From the IMG/VR virus record IMGVR_UViG_2541047596_000003: a stretch of DNA of 64,000 nucleotides, one strand, 5' to 3'. The DNA is from a virus (Duplodnaviria > Heunggongvirae > Uroviricota > Caudoviricetes). Shown piece after piece: positions 9,628 through 18,805 of the stretch (its first letter is position 1; each line of letters begins with the position of its first letter). The notes under the pieces were generated by a model that saw only the letters and a list, made by a program, of their open reading frames with translations, ran no database searches and was not told the DNA's origin. The translations under genes and the position numbers were made by a program.

Positions 9628-9658
9628 CAAAAACACGCATTTATAATGCATGTTTTTG
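9628..9658. promoter_or_regulatory. operator-like palindrome over a TATAAT box upstream of the yeaR-like gene
   Basis: CAAAAACACGCAT-TTATAA-TGCATGTTTTTG (13-bp arms, one mismatch); TTGACA at 9615-9620; resembles NsrR-type sites as I recall them. Confidence 0.35.
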
Positions 9659-9669
9659 AGGAGGTGGTT

Positions 9670-10008
9670 ATGACACACAAGAGAATTCCTAAAGATTGGG
9701 TAATCAAACGCTCAACTCCGTTCTTCACAAAAGAGAACGTACCTTCAGCGTTATTAACACATCATAATACAGCAGCAGGTGTTTTTGGGCAGTTGTGCGT
9801 AATGGAAGGCACTGTAACATATTATGGTTTTACTGATGAGAATGCTACTGAACCGGAGATAAAAGTAGTCATTAATGCTGGCGCTTTTGCAACAAGCCCA
9901 CCACAATACTGGCACCGTGTTGAACTAAGCGATGATGCTCAGTTTAATATTAACTTTTGGGTCGCTCCAGACTTCTCGGGCGAAAAAGTCTATAGCACCA
10001 AAAAATAG
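9670..10008 (+). CDS. YeaR-like DUF1971 protein (TehB N-domain-like)
   Basis: 112 aa from ATG 9670 with SD GAGGAGGTGG; motifs STPFF, HHNTAAGV, MEGTVTYYGF, FNINFWVAP resemble chromosomal YeaR; ORF track start 9646. Confidence 0.6.
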   Translation: MTHKRIPKDWVIKRSTPFFTKENVPSALLTHHNTAAGVFGQLCVMEGTVTYYGFTDENATEPEIKVVINAGAFATSPPQYWHRVELSDDAQFNINFWVAPDFSGEKVYSTKK

Positions 10009-10037
10009 ATGATCATATTAAAAATGCTTTAACAGTC

Positions 10038-10075
10038 AGACCCGGCAGGGCTATCCCCGACGGGTCTCATTTTTG
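10038..10075 (+). terminator. rho-independent terminator after the yeaR-like gene
   Basis: Stem AGACCCG / CGGGTCT with a 16-nt loop, then TTTT at 10071-10074. Confidence 0.45.
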
Positions 10076-10459
10076 TAAATATATTGGTTCTACATTGACA
10101 GGAGACTTCAACCATAAGAAGTAATCTGAATACTTGAGCAATAAATTTACTTAAGATTAATGAGCGCACCTTGCCGGACAAAGATAAACCAAGGTAACAC
10201 CTTTTTTCTAGCCAGTATGTAATCAATCAGAAAGCCGCTCCATAAGAACAACAGCAAGACAATAAATTGCCATTACAGCCGCAATAGCCAGCGCACATTT
10301 GAGAACCAGCACGACACCCCCCTGTATTAGACGCACACCAGTCCTGATAAATATAAGGCTGTCTCGTCAGTGATTCAATACAACTATTGGGTATAGTTTC
10401 TGTGATTTTATTCTGTAGAAATGGAACACAACAACCAGTCACCACCAGCACTTCTTTAA

Positions 10460-10471
10460 ATACGCCAAGTC
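10460..10471. repeat. 12-bp direct repeat AATACGCCAAGT, left copy
   Basis: Perfect copy of the 12-mer also at 12239-12250; the two bracket the low-GC HEPN-like gene. Confidence 0.5.
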
Positions 10472-10484
10472 CGACGCAAGCTAA

Positions 10485-10550
10485 CCTTCTAGTCCGCTTT
10501 GAGCGAGAAGCGGAAGTCTCGGTCTTATTATGTTCTGAGACTAGAAGGTA
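10485..10550. repeat. nested inverted-repeat element
   Basis: Outer 11-bp arms ACCTTCTAGTC / GACTAGAAGGT 44 bp apart, enclosing TCCGCTT/AAGCGGA and AGTCTC/GAGACT stems. Confidence 0.4.
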
Positions 10551-10678
10551 TTTCTTAAGGATGATTATTCGTTACGCCTACATATAATAGAAACAGAAAT
10601 TTAAAGTTTAAATCTAGGTATCTGGCTAATGATACCTAGATTGAATTTGAATCATATTTTGTTAGTTAACTTTAACTA

Positions 10679-12046
10679 TTATCTTTCTCCAACATCCTCT
10701 TCTAAAACATGATCTATCTTATCTACAGGAAGATTATCATACTTAGAAAAATCAAAACCATCGGGAAGTTTATTTTTTGCTGCTTTTAATATTCTTATTG
10801 AATCGTTACCGTTTCTAGAGCGATTTCGCCAATAACATTGATTGTTTTTGTTTGCTCCTTCAAGCAGGGTTAACATTTGCTCGCTTGAGTAATTAGCCAA
10901 GTCTTTGTCAATAAATCTATCAAAATATATATCGGCTCGTTCGAAATCAGCACTATTTATAAAACAAGCAATTCCAAAATCGCGATACTCTGATTCCAAA
11001 CCTAATTCGCTGCAAACATTTTTAAAAATTGCCAAATGTTGCTGGTTGAGAAAATTCCCATTATCCCCGTATTTTTTGTAATATTTTTCAGATATTCTTT
11101 TTGTTACGCGATTAATGTGTTCCTCCGGCGATTCAGATATAAAAAAGGCTATTCCAAAATAAGATATGTTATCTTTTATAATAGGCTTTATGAGTTCTTT
11201 TACTGAATCATCCAAGGCGTTATATATTTCTTTCTCCATGGAAATGAACTCAATTAGTGCCTTAATTGCATCATGGTTATTGGAAATATTGGAGTAATAA
11301 GCAGTTTCTGCTTTAACCGAGTCCACCATGGCTTGCCTGTCTTTTTCAAATATCAGTTTCATAGCTCTGATATTTATCTCTCTATTTTCTAATGGCTTAG
11401 CTTCTTCAGATCTAAACGAAAACTTCCACAACCCCTTGAATATCTTAACTAATACTTCCTTGTTTAAAGATTTGAAATATTTAACATCTAAGTATTTTTT
11501 TAGCGCGTTATCGGAAGGGAATAGGTCCTTTACCTTTTCTAGATCTGCAACAAATGTGGAAAGTATTTTTTGAGACATAAATGGCGGCTTGCTTAATATT
11601 ACTTCTATACTATTCCTAATGTCACTTCTAATCATTTCCTGTGTTGGCTCGAATAACGTATCTTCGTCACTTATTACGGGATGGGCAGATAAATGCCTGT
11701 GTTTTTGAATAAGTAAAACTTTATGGTTTGAAGCAGTGTCTAATAATTGAGTTCTTTCAAAAACTCTTTTAATAAGCTCTTTTTCCCATTTAGGAGAGTA
11801 AGGATCATCGTTTTGTAGTGCTTCAATTTCTAATAATATCTTTTCCGCAACAGCATCGTTATGAACATCTCGCAGTTCTTGGAGCTTAAAAATAATATCA
11901 CATACAACTACTGACCATAGCATCACGGTAGCAGAACGGTAACAACCATTAGCATAGCTCTTATAAACCTCTTCAAAATATTTTCTAGTTCTTCTATCAT
12001 AAATTTTACTCTTCTGAGATTCTAATGAGAATATTCTAACGTCCAT
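10679..12046 (-). CDS. HEPN-like protein, candidate abortive-infection/defence effector (function unproven)
   Basis: 455 aa from ATG 12046 with SD GGAGA; markedly AT-rich versus neighbours; KHRHLSAHP contains an R-x4-H motif after a predicted helical N-terminal region; ORF track start 12094. Confidence 0.6.
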
Positions 12047-12238
12047 AATTTCTCCATGAAAAATATTTAACTCAAATAATTGAATATGAATCATGTAGTC
12101 ATAAATACTTCAAAATTATATTTTTAGCCCACTTAATTCATACAAAACTTCTTTAATAAACTGATTCAGGCCTCATGCATTATGCTTTTAACAAACTATC
12201 CTAACCTTCATAGTGTAAATCTTGATGTTCAATTTTAC

Positions 12239-12250
12239 AATACGCCAAGT
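12239..12250. repeat. 12-bp direct repeat AATACGCCAAGT, right copy
   Basis: Second perfect copy, 1779 bp from the first. Confidence 0.5.
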
Positions 12251-12434
12251 TTCCGTAAATCAATGAATGCGTCGGATTTTACAATAATTTAAAAGAGATG
12301 TTGAATAGTATCCATGAAGTGTAAGGTTAATATACCCAAAACGTCCGCCTCTGGCACAAAGCGGACAACCACGCTAGCTCTACCCTGTGCCACAAAATGT
12401 CAATTTGCATCTGAACTAATGCACTTTAATCTCG

Positions 12435-12857
12435 TCACTTCAATAAATACCGAACATCACCCTGATAAAACGACAATATGCGCTGCATAACTTCACTCTT
12501 CCGGCACTCGCGACAGATTATGTTCTGACGCCTGTCGTAGCGACGTATTTCTCCGTCAGGTAATGACCAGATAAGGTCCGGATCAACCGCAGATGGTTTC
12601 TTCAGCTTTGCCCTTGAGAGCTTTTTACGGGCATTTTGCCAGTCCTTACGCGCCTGTTCAGACGGGAATAACCCGTAACCAGAGTTGTATACATCGCCGC
12701 TGGCAACCAGCTCTCTTGCGAGAACGCTCATCAGATATCTTGTCGCATCTGTCTTGACTTCCAGTTGCCGTAACGTCTCGCGTCCACTCCGGCGTACTAG
12801 CTCAACAACCTGCCCTTTAATTTTTTCCCGCTCTTCCTGTGTAAAAACTTTTGCCAT
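12435..12857 (-). CDS. hypothetical phage protein
   Basis: 140 aa from ATG 12857 (MAKVFTQEER) with SD GGAGG; contains a CRECRK motif; ORF track start 12872 is TTG. Confidence 0.45.
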   Translation of the reverse strand: MAKVFTQEEREKIKGQVVELVRRSGRETLRQLEVKTDATRYLMSVLARELVASGDVYNSGYGLFPSEQARKDWQNARKKLSRAKLKKPSAVDPDLIWSLPDGEIRRYDRRQNIICRECRKSEVMQRILSFYQGDVRYLLK

Positions 12858-12872
12858 AAGCGCCTCCGGCAA

Positions 12873-13634
12873 TCACTTTTCCGACACAATACGACTGGAG
12901 GAATCGACAATCTGTCGGACAATATCCCGGTGCTTGTTCAGCTCCCGCAGCGCGGCGCAGACTCGCTCCCACTTCTGGACATGATTTTTCGCCCGACGCA
13001 GTTCGCGGTTTGCCATATGCAGCGATGGTAAAACCAGGTCATCCGCTTGCGTTTCAGTAAACGATGGCAGCGACTGCACAATGTCCGCCACAGTTTCTGT
13101 TTTAATATCTTCCTGTGTTGCCGCTTCCTGTACTGGTAACGCAACACCGGCTGGCTGAGGAAAGGCTTTACCATCAGTTTCCGCTACCGATGCAGCTTTC
13201 GGCTCTGCTGGTAAATTATCGCCCGGCATGCAGTAACGAAATTTACCGTTCTGATTAACGCGAATCAGACGACCTTTATTGATTGCCATTGCCAGCGTTG
13301 AAGCCACTTTGCGTGATGTGATGCCGAAAAACGTAGCCAGTTCATCCGCCGTTTGTGGGCCACGTTGTTCAATCGTCGCAGTTAAATCGCACTCCGAAAT
13401 TTTTGCGACTGTTGCCGTGGTGGTTTCTTCCGGCAGTTCTGCCTGCTCTGGCTGTTCCTGCTGAACGTTGTTATCAGCCACGCGCCAGGTGTATACGCTT
13501 TTATCAACGAAGCCAGCCTTTTTCAGTTCCCACAGCTCGTTCAGCACTTCTTCACGACTGATATCAAGTCGCGCAGCCAGTTCTACCGACGTAGCTTTCC
13601 CCATTGCTTTCAGTGCGTCAAAAACAGTCTCCAT
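12873..13634 (-). CDS. winged-helix DNA-binding phage protein
   Basis: ATG 13634 ([43 protein letters not shown]) with SD GGGAGAA; ORF track start 13685. Confidence 0.5.
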   Translation of the reverse strand: METVFDALKAMGKATSVELAARLDISREEVLNELWELKKAGFVDKSVYTWRVADNNVQQEQPEQAELPEETTTATVAKISECDLTATIEQRGPQTADELATFFGITSRKVASTLAMAINKGRLIRVNQNGKFRYCMPGDNLPAEPKAASVAETDGKAFPQPAGVALPVQEAATQEDIKTETVADIVQSLPSFTETQADDLVLPSLHMANRELRRAKNHVQKWERVCAALRELNKHRDIVRQIVDSSSRIVSEK

Positions 13635-13656
13635 TAAATTTTTCTCCCGGTAAAAA

Positions 13657-14403
13657 TTACTTCGCAATTCCTGGCTGGACGACATTCGGACGCCAGCTCT
13701 CCCAGTTAAAATTCACCCATCGCCCGCCGTTCATGGTCATGCGATCCATAATCCGCTCGCCGAGCAATGTTTTCATGGCCTCATAGTTCAGGTTTGTCAG
13801 CATTCCCACGCTACGCATCGACGCTGTCCGTCGATCAATAATCTGGTGCAGTACCACCTGCTCGTTTTTCGTCTCGCGCTGAATGCCAATTTCATCAAGA
13901 ACCAGCAGATCCACTTCGCACAGTTCCCGCAAAAATTTTTCGCCTGACTGCCCGTCGTCATAGCTGGCGTGGAGGGCACTCATAACATCAGCCACGGTAA
14001 CCACAATCACTGTCTGACCGTCTTTCAGCAGGCGATTCCCGATAGCTGCCGCTAAGTGATTCTTCCCGGTACCAGGTTTTCCGCTGAACGCAAAATTTGT
14101 ACACCCGGTCATCAGTTCATCAGCGATGGATTTCGCCTGACTCAACGCGTATCGCTGCCCTTCGTTCTGCACCTGGTAATTCGAAAACGAGCATTTGCGG
14201 TGCAATGGCTGGATGCCAGAGCGATTCAGAATTTTTTCCACCCGCAACTGACGATTCTGACGGTTGATCTCCTCACAACGTTTCTGGCCTTCGGAAAGTT
14301 GCCACTCGCGCCACTCCGCTACCGTCTTGAATGGCGCGGTTACATGTGACGGGGCCAGTCTGCGGATACGTTCAAGAACGTCGCCTGTCGCAATATTTTT
14401 CAT
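13657..14403 (-). CDS. ydaV: DnaC-like replication protein (helicase loader)
   Basis: 248 aa with Walker [16 protein letters not shown] and Walker [10 protein letters not shown]; same length as Rac YdaV. Confidence 0.85.
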   Translation of the reverse strand: MKNIATGDVLERIRRLAPSHVTAPFKTVAEWREWQLSEGQKRCEEINRQNRQLRVEKILNRSGIQPLHRKCSFSNYQVQNEGQRYALSQAKSIADELMTGCTNFAFSGKPGTGKNHLAAAIGNRLLKDGQTVIVVTVADVMSALHASYDDGQSGEKFLRELCEVDLLVLDEIGIQRETKNEQVVLHQIIDRRTASMRSVGMLTNLNYEAMKTLLGERIMDRMTMNGGRWVNFNWESWRPNVVQPGIAK

Positions 14404-14511
14404 GGTCAGTTACCCCCTGAAGCCTGGCGGGATCGCACTATCCGGTAACGAGACGGTGTTAACCTGTCGGAGTAACGTCTCAGGTCGAACACCTTTCGGC
14501 GCGAACAAGCC

Positions 14512-15198
14512 CTAGTATTCGTTGGCGATGCTGTGTCGAATCACCTGCTCAGGTGAAAAACCCTGCTGGCGGAATTTTTCCAGCTCCCGTATCGCCCCGT
14601 TAGCGCCCTGCTCCGTTCGAATCGGTTTTCGCAATGCCTGCCTGAACTGAACCCACTCATGCCAGAGTGTTTCCGGCAACCAGTCAGGCAGCTCGATAGC
14701 CTCCGGTTCGAATTTTTTAGACGCTCGTTTTTGGCGAGGGGGATTTAGGGGGAGATAAGTATTTATATCTTCCTCTTTCTCTTCCTCTGGTAACGCTTTT
14801 TGATCCGTTTTTGTAACGCTGGCAGCGTTACCTTTTCGTTTCAGTTCTCGTATTTTTGTTACTCTCTCGTTTGTAACCGCCCGTTTTTTAGAGCTTTTCC
14901 CGTTATGGCGCTCAAAGTTAGGAAGCGACAACACACCATTAGTTTCGACCAGCCATCCAACCTGAATTAACGCATCAGCAAAACCAGCCATAAAAGTGAT
15001 GCGATCTATTGCACTTTTTGTAACGCCGCGAGCGTTACACTCTGCGTTACCGTCTATCATTTGTTGATCCGCCCATGCCCAGAAGCGAATGACTTTCCCT
15101 AATGCGGCATCTGGATCAATATTCAGAATCTCAGCAAGCCTGAATATTTCCGGCTTATCCGGCGTAATAACTTCGAGCTTTATCCAGTTTGAAGCCAT
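14512..15198 (-). CDS. replication initiation/organiser protein (YdaU-like)
   Basis: 228 aa upstream of the DnaC-like gene, basic C-terminal half; positional call. Confidence 0.55.
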   Translation of the reverse strand: MASNWIKLEVITPDKPEIFRLAEILNIDPDAALGKVIRFWAWADQQMIDGNAECNARGVTKSAIDRITFMAGFADALIQVGWLVETNGVLSLPNFERHNGKSSKKRAVTNERVTKIRELKRKGNAASVTKTDQKALPEEEKEEDINTYLPLNPPRQKRASKKFEPEAIELPDWLPETLWHEWVQFRQALRKPIRTEQGANGAIRELEKFRQQGFSPEQVIRHSIANEY

Positions 15199-15275
15199 TT
15201 GTTTTCACCTTGTAACGCTCGCAGCGTTACATTTAACTGATACCGAACAAAACAGTTCGGTACGATTAATTTCAA

Positions 15276-15698
15276 TCAATGCACTACGACAGAATCGCTA
15301 GGAGAACCGCCGCCGCTGAAATGTGCTTTACGGTAAACGGCCTGGACTGCATCATCATGCGCATCAATTGCCGTACTCAGTGCATCCTGTGCCGCCAGTA
15401 ATGCACGGCGTTCCAGGGTATCGAAGATGCAGAGTCGGTGACGCAGCTCGCGAGGAAGAATTGCCAGAACCGCAGGGATCAGTTTCTGAATTTTTTCCCT
15501 TTGCGCATTCGTTTCACCTTTCAACCAACGATGATAGATATTCTGCTGATTGTTCCAGTCCTTGCCTGGTACCAGGGGCAATTCGCCGCCCCCCTGGCGC
15601 AGATATTCTTCAGTAATTGCGTTAGCGACCCACGCCTGCCCTTTTTCGGCTGCCAGGGCTAACAACACTGATTCGATGTGCTCATGCTTGATTTTCAT
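15276..15698 (-). CDS. ydaT: YdaT-like prophage protein
   Basis: 140 aa (MKIKHEHIESVLLALAAEKGQ...), same length and position as Rac YdaT, co-oriented with the Cro-like gene. Confidence 0.65.
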   Translation of the reverse strand: MKIKHEHIESVLLALAAEKGQAWVANAITEEYLRQGGGELPLVPGKDWNNQQNIYHRWLKGETNAQREKIQKLIPAVLAILPRELRHRLCIFDTLERRALLAAQDALSTAIDAHDDAVQAVYRKAHFSGGGSPSDSVVVH

Positions 15699-15949
15699 GA
15701 ATCAACTCCCATCAGCTTTTTCGTAGTAGTTTTATTTCTGCCAATAGTTAAAATTGCATCGGCAGAAAATAATCCGTTTGATGCATGAGCGATTTTTTCA
15801 GCGTAATTTGTTTCGCCGGTATATTCTGTGCGAGGCAATTTTCCGTTATCCATCCATTTGTAGATTGCTCTTTGGCTGACACCACAAACGTCGGCCACAA
15901 CAGAAACGCGAACAGTTTTGATTACATCTTCAAGTGTTTTCTGGTTCAT
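15695..15949 (-). CDS. Cro/YdaS-like HTH regulator
   Basis: ATG 15949 (MNQKTLEDVIKTVRVSVVADVCGVSQRAIYKWMDNGKLP); ORF track start 16021 would leave no room for divergent promoters. Confidence 0.6.
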   Translation of the reverse strand: MNQKTLEDVIKTVRVSVVADVCGVSQRAIYKWMDNGKLPRTEYTGETNYAEKIAHASNGLFSADAILTIGRNKTTTKKLMGVDS

Positions 15950-16028
15950 ATCACCCTCACAATGTGAACTTTGAGTACATGCTATAACAGAACTGACAGT
16001 ACATTCAAGAGCGAATATCATTGAACTT
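15950..16028. promoter_or_regulatory. immunity-region divergent promoter/operator segment
   Basis: 79-bp gap between divergent HTH genes; contains direct repeats AGTACAT 26 bp apart. Confidence 0.4.
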
Positions 16029-16448
16029 ATGGTTCATGAAGATAAAGCGCGTAAAGAGTTCGCCAGTAGGCTTGCGCTAGCCTGTGAAAACGCTGGTTAT
16101 GAACAACATGGAAGGCAGGCAGAAATTGCCCGTCGAATGAAATTAACACCAAAAGCGGTTAGCAAATGGTTTAATGGTGAAACAATTCCTCGCCGAGAGA
16201 AATTAAGGGAATTAGCAACACTCATTGGAACAACACCAACCTATCTTTTGGGAGAGGATACAGAAGAAAGTGGACAGATACGTTTCTATCAGGAGTTAAA
16301 TCCAAGACAAAAAATCATCATTGACCTTCTGGACGAGCTCCCTGACAGTGAGACAGATGAACTTTTAAAAACTCTTGAGGAGAAAAAACAGAAGTACAAT
16401 GCAATTTACGAAGAGTTAGCACGAAAGAAAAAACAAAAAGCCTCTTAA
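16029..16448 (+). CDS. XRE-family prophage repressor (RacR-like)
   Basis: 139 aa with HTH ...KLTPKAVSKWFNGETIPRREKLRELATLIGTTPTYLLGE; divergent from the Cro-like gene. Confidence 0.65.
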   Translation: MVHEDKARKEFASRLALACENAGYEQHGRQAEIARRMKLTPKAVSKWFNGETIPRREKLRELATLIGTTPTYLLGEDTEESGQIRFYQELNPRQKIIIDLLDELPDSETDELLKTLEEKKQKYNAIYEELARKKKQKAS

Positions 16449-16735
16449 ACCAGCATAAATCCGGTAGCGTCCCCCTCCGGGTTTGTGCTTCACTTTATCC
16501 CGTCTCATTTTTTTATACATAAAATGTACTTAAAGTACTTTACAATGATGAACACAAAGTACATTATATACCTACCAACCCACCCCGCCCCACAGAACGC
16601 CGGGCAATACTTCGAGTTACCAGGCAGTGGTCAGGGGTTAAGTAGCCAGCCCGAGGCGTATGAACATGACGGCGGGATTCAAATTTTGCAGTGCAGCAGT
16701 TAGTTCCGCCACCCGGCGTTAAGGGGATAGATAAG

Positions 16736-16870
16736 ATGGTGCATTACGAAGTAGTTCAGTATTTGATGGATTGTTGCGGTATCACTTACAACCAGGCTGT
16801 GCAGGCTTTACGCAGCAACGACTGGGATCTCTGGCAGGCAGAAGTCGCTATACGTAGCAACAAGATGTGA
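16736..16870 (+). CDS. ydaG: small Rac protein YdaG-like (44 aa)
   Basis: Hand translation MVHYEVVQYLMDCCGITYNQAVQALRSNDWDLWQAEVAIRSNKM; below the ORF-track size cutoff. Confidence 0.55.
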   Translation: MVHYEVVQYLMDCCGITYNQAVQALRSNDWDLWQAEVAIRSNKM

Positions 16871-16880
16871 GATTCGCAAA

Positions 16881-17036
16881 ATGCAAAAAATCGACCTCGG
16901 CAACAACGAATCCCTGGTGTGCGGCGTGTTCCCCAACCAGGATGGAACGTTCACTGCCATGACGTATACCAAAAGCAAAACATTTAAAACCGAAACTGGT
17001 GCGCGCCGATGGTTGGAGAAGCACACAGTAAGCTAA
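16881..17036 (+). CDS. ydaF: small Rac protein YdaF-like (51 aa)
   Basis: Hand translation MQKIDLGNNESLVCGVFPNQDGTFTAMTYTKSKTFKTETGARRWLEKHTVS. Confidence 0.55.
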   Translation: MQKIDLGNNESLVCGVFPNQDGTFTAMTYTKSKTFKTETGARRWLEKHTVS

Positions 17037-17521
17037 CGATTAAAACGTCTACTCCTGCTGTTCCAGAATAACTTCATAAAATGGGAGTATTTTTCGGTGA
17101 CGAGATAATAAGAACAGTTTGCGCTATCACTCTGATGTTGAATGATGCCCTTCCGTTCTAATTTTTTCATAACCGGGTTACGGCAAGGAGAAGTGATAAT
17201 AAGATTTCCTGTTTTAAGGAAATCTTTAAATACAGCGATTTCTTTCTCAGATAAACGAAGCAATACTCGTTGCTCTGGTAGTAATGAATAATGCTTTTGA
17301 ATATGTGCTCGCAATCTTGAGAAGGAAATGGCGACCACGAAAGAAAAGGCAAAAACGATAATCTGAAAGAGCCAAGGTATTTCAGTATAAGCATTGAATG
17401 CGGCAGTAAACTCTTTCGGTATCAGCCAGAGAGTGAGACCAAAAATGATAATCGTATACATAAGTCTTTCGAGTGGCTCGTTAGCAAAAAGTTTCAACAA
17501 TGGAGTAAATACATCCAACAT
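17033..17521 (-). CDS. sieB: superinfection exclusion protein B
   Basis: 162 aa from ATG 17521 (MLDVFTPLLKLFANEPLERLMYTIIIFGL), membrane N-terminus; ORF track start 17644. Confidence 0.75.
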   Translation of the reverse strand: MLDVFTPLLKLFANEPLERLMYTIIIFGLTLWLIPKEFTAAFNAYTEIPWLFQIIVFAFSFVVAISFSRLRAHIQKHYSLLPEQRVLLRLSEKEIAVFKDFLKTGNLIITSPCRNPVMKKLERKGIIQHQSDSANCSYYLVTEKYSHFMKLFWNSRSRRFNR

Positions 17522-17962
17522 ATCAATAACTCTCAACTGTAAGGGTATTGAAATGTTAACACAAGCTCTCGCTGTAGGGGTATAGCCGAGACCACCGAAG
17601 TCTGGAGGTGGTGAAATAAAACCGGGCACAACACGAAGGCGCATTTCCGATATCCATAAAGAGTCGGTCTTGTCTGTTAAATTTAAATGGTGGGAGTGCG
17701 CCTCCGGTTGTAAATAACGACATTGCTGTGTGTAGTCCTGGCGGCATCAGTTTTTTTCTTGAAGTTCGGCTGATGTCCGCCCTTTTTAAAGTGAATTTTG
17801 TGATGCGGTGAATGCGGCTAAGCGCACGTGGCACAGTTAAAAGTCATGTTAGTCCTTATTGGTTTGGGTGGGAAAGCCGACTGTAATTGTTAACTGGTTG
17901 CAGTCACCTGGAGGCACCAGGCACCGCATCAACAAAGTTCATTTGTAAAAATGGAGATAATT

Positions 17963-18184
17963 ATGATTGCACATCACTTCGGAACTGATGAAATACCACG
18001 TCAGTGTGTGACTCCTGGCGATTATGTTCTTCATGAAGGCCGGACATATATTGCCTCGGCAAACAATATTAAAAAGCGAAAACTATATATTCGTAACCTG
18101 ACCACAAAAACATGCATTACTGACCGCATGATTAAAGTCTTCCTCGGTCGTGATGGTTTACCTGTAAAGGCGGAGTCATGGTGA
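17963..18184 (+). CDS. kilR: KilR cell-division inhibitor
   Basis: 73 aa [29 protein letters not shown]... from ATG 17963 with SD GGAGA. Confidence 0.8.
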   Translation: MIAHHFGTDEIPRQCVTPGDYVLHEGRTYIASANNIKKRKLYIRNLTTKTCITDRMIKVFLGRDGLPVKAESW

Positions 18185-18354
18185 TGACTAAGAAAATAAA
18201 ATGTGCTTACCACCTTTGCAAAAAAGACGTTGAAGAAAGCAAAGCTATTGAAAGAATGCTTCACTTCATGCACGGGATTTTATCAAAAGACGAACCGAGA
18301 AAATATTGCAGTGAAGCTTGTGCCGAAAAAGACCAGATGGCACATGAACTTTAA
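18184..18354 (+). CDS. ydaE: YdaE-like small Cys-rich protein (56 aa)
   Basis: Hand translation [56 protein letters not shown]. Confidence 0.65.
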   Translation: MTKKIKCAYHLCKKDVEESKAIERMLHFMHGILSKDEPRKYCSEACAEKDQMAHEL

Positions 18355-18428
18355 TTAATTGACTATTCGAAACTGAATTTATGCCAGAAATGGCAGGTAT
18401 TCGCTCAACCTTAATTAAGGAGAAAAAC

Positions 18429-18704
18429 ATGATTACCAATTATGAAGCCACTGTTGTAACTACCGATGACATTGTTCACGAGGTGAATCTGGAAGGAAAG
18501 CGCATTGGCTACGTAATTAAAACAGAAAATAAAGAAACCCCATTCACTGTGGTTGATATCGATGGTCCATCAGGCAACGTAAAAACACTTGATGAAGGTG
18601 TCAAAAAAATGTGCCTGGTGCATATCGGAAAGAATCTGCCCGCAGAAAAAAAAGCCGAATTTCTGGCAACTCTAATTGCAATGAAATTAAAAGGTGAAAT
18701 CTGA
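18429..18704 (+). CDS. racC: RacC
   Basis: 91 aa from ATG 18429 (MITNYEATVVTTDD...) with SD AAGGAG. Confidence 0.75.
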   Translation: MITNYEATVVTTDDIVHEVNLEGKRIGYVIKTENKETPFTVVDIDGPSGNVKTLDEGVKKMCLVHIGKNLPAEKKAEFLATLIAMKLKGEI

Positions 18705-18805
18705 AAGAAATAGCCTGCGTATGGCGCAGGCTATGAACAGTGTGTATCCGGCAAGATCATTCACTGAACAAAACGAATTTTAATCTGAGTTGAGGTTAAA
18801 AAACA

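Noticed and set aside
9615-9647. TTGACA and TATAAT hexamers upstream of the yeaR-like gene as a standard sigma70 promoter
   Set aside because: Spacing is 21 bp, outside the usual 16-18 bp; kept only as part of the operator-like region, not annotated as a confident promoter.
10227-10451. Cys-rich 74-aa minus-strand ORF
   Set aside because: Considered a possible cysteine-rich peptide, but it has no SD and its 3' end overlaps the adjacent inverted-repeat structure; likely non-coding.
16485-16703. Plus-strand 72-aa ORF between the repressor gene and ydaG
   Set aside because: No SD and overlaps the ydaG upstream region; the hand-translated ydaG and ydaF frames match known small Rac proteins instead.
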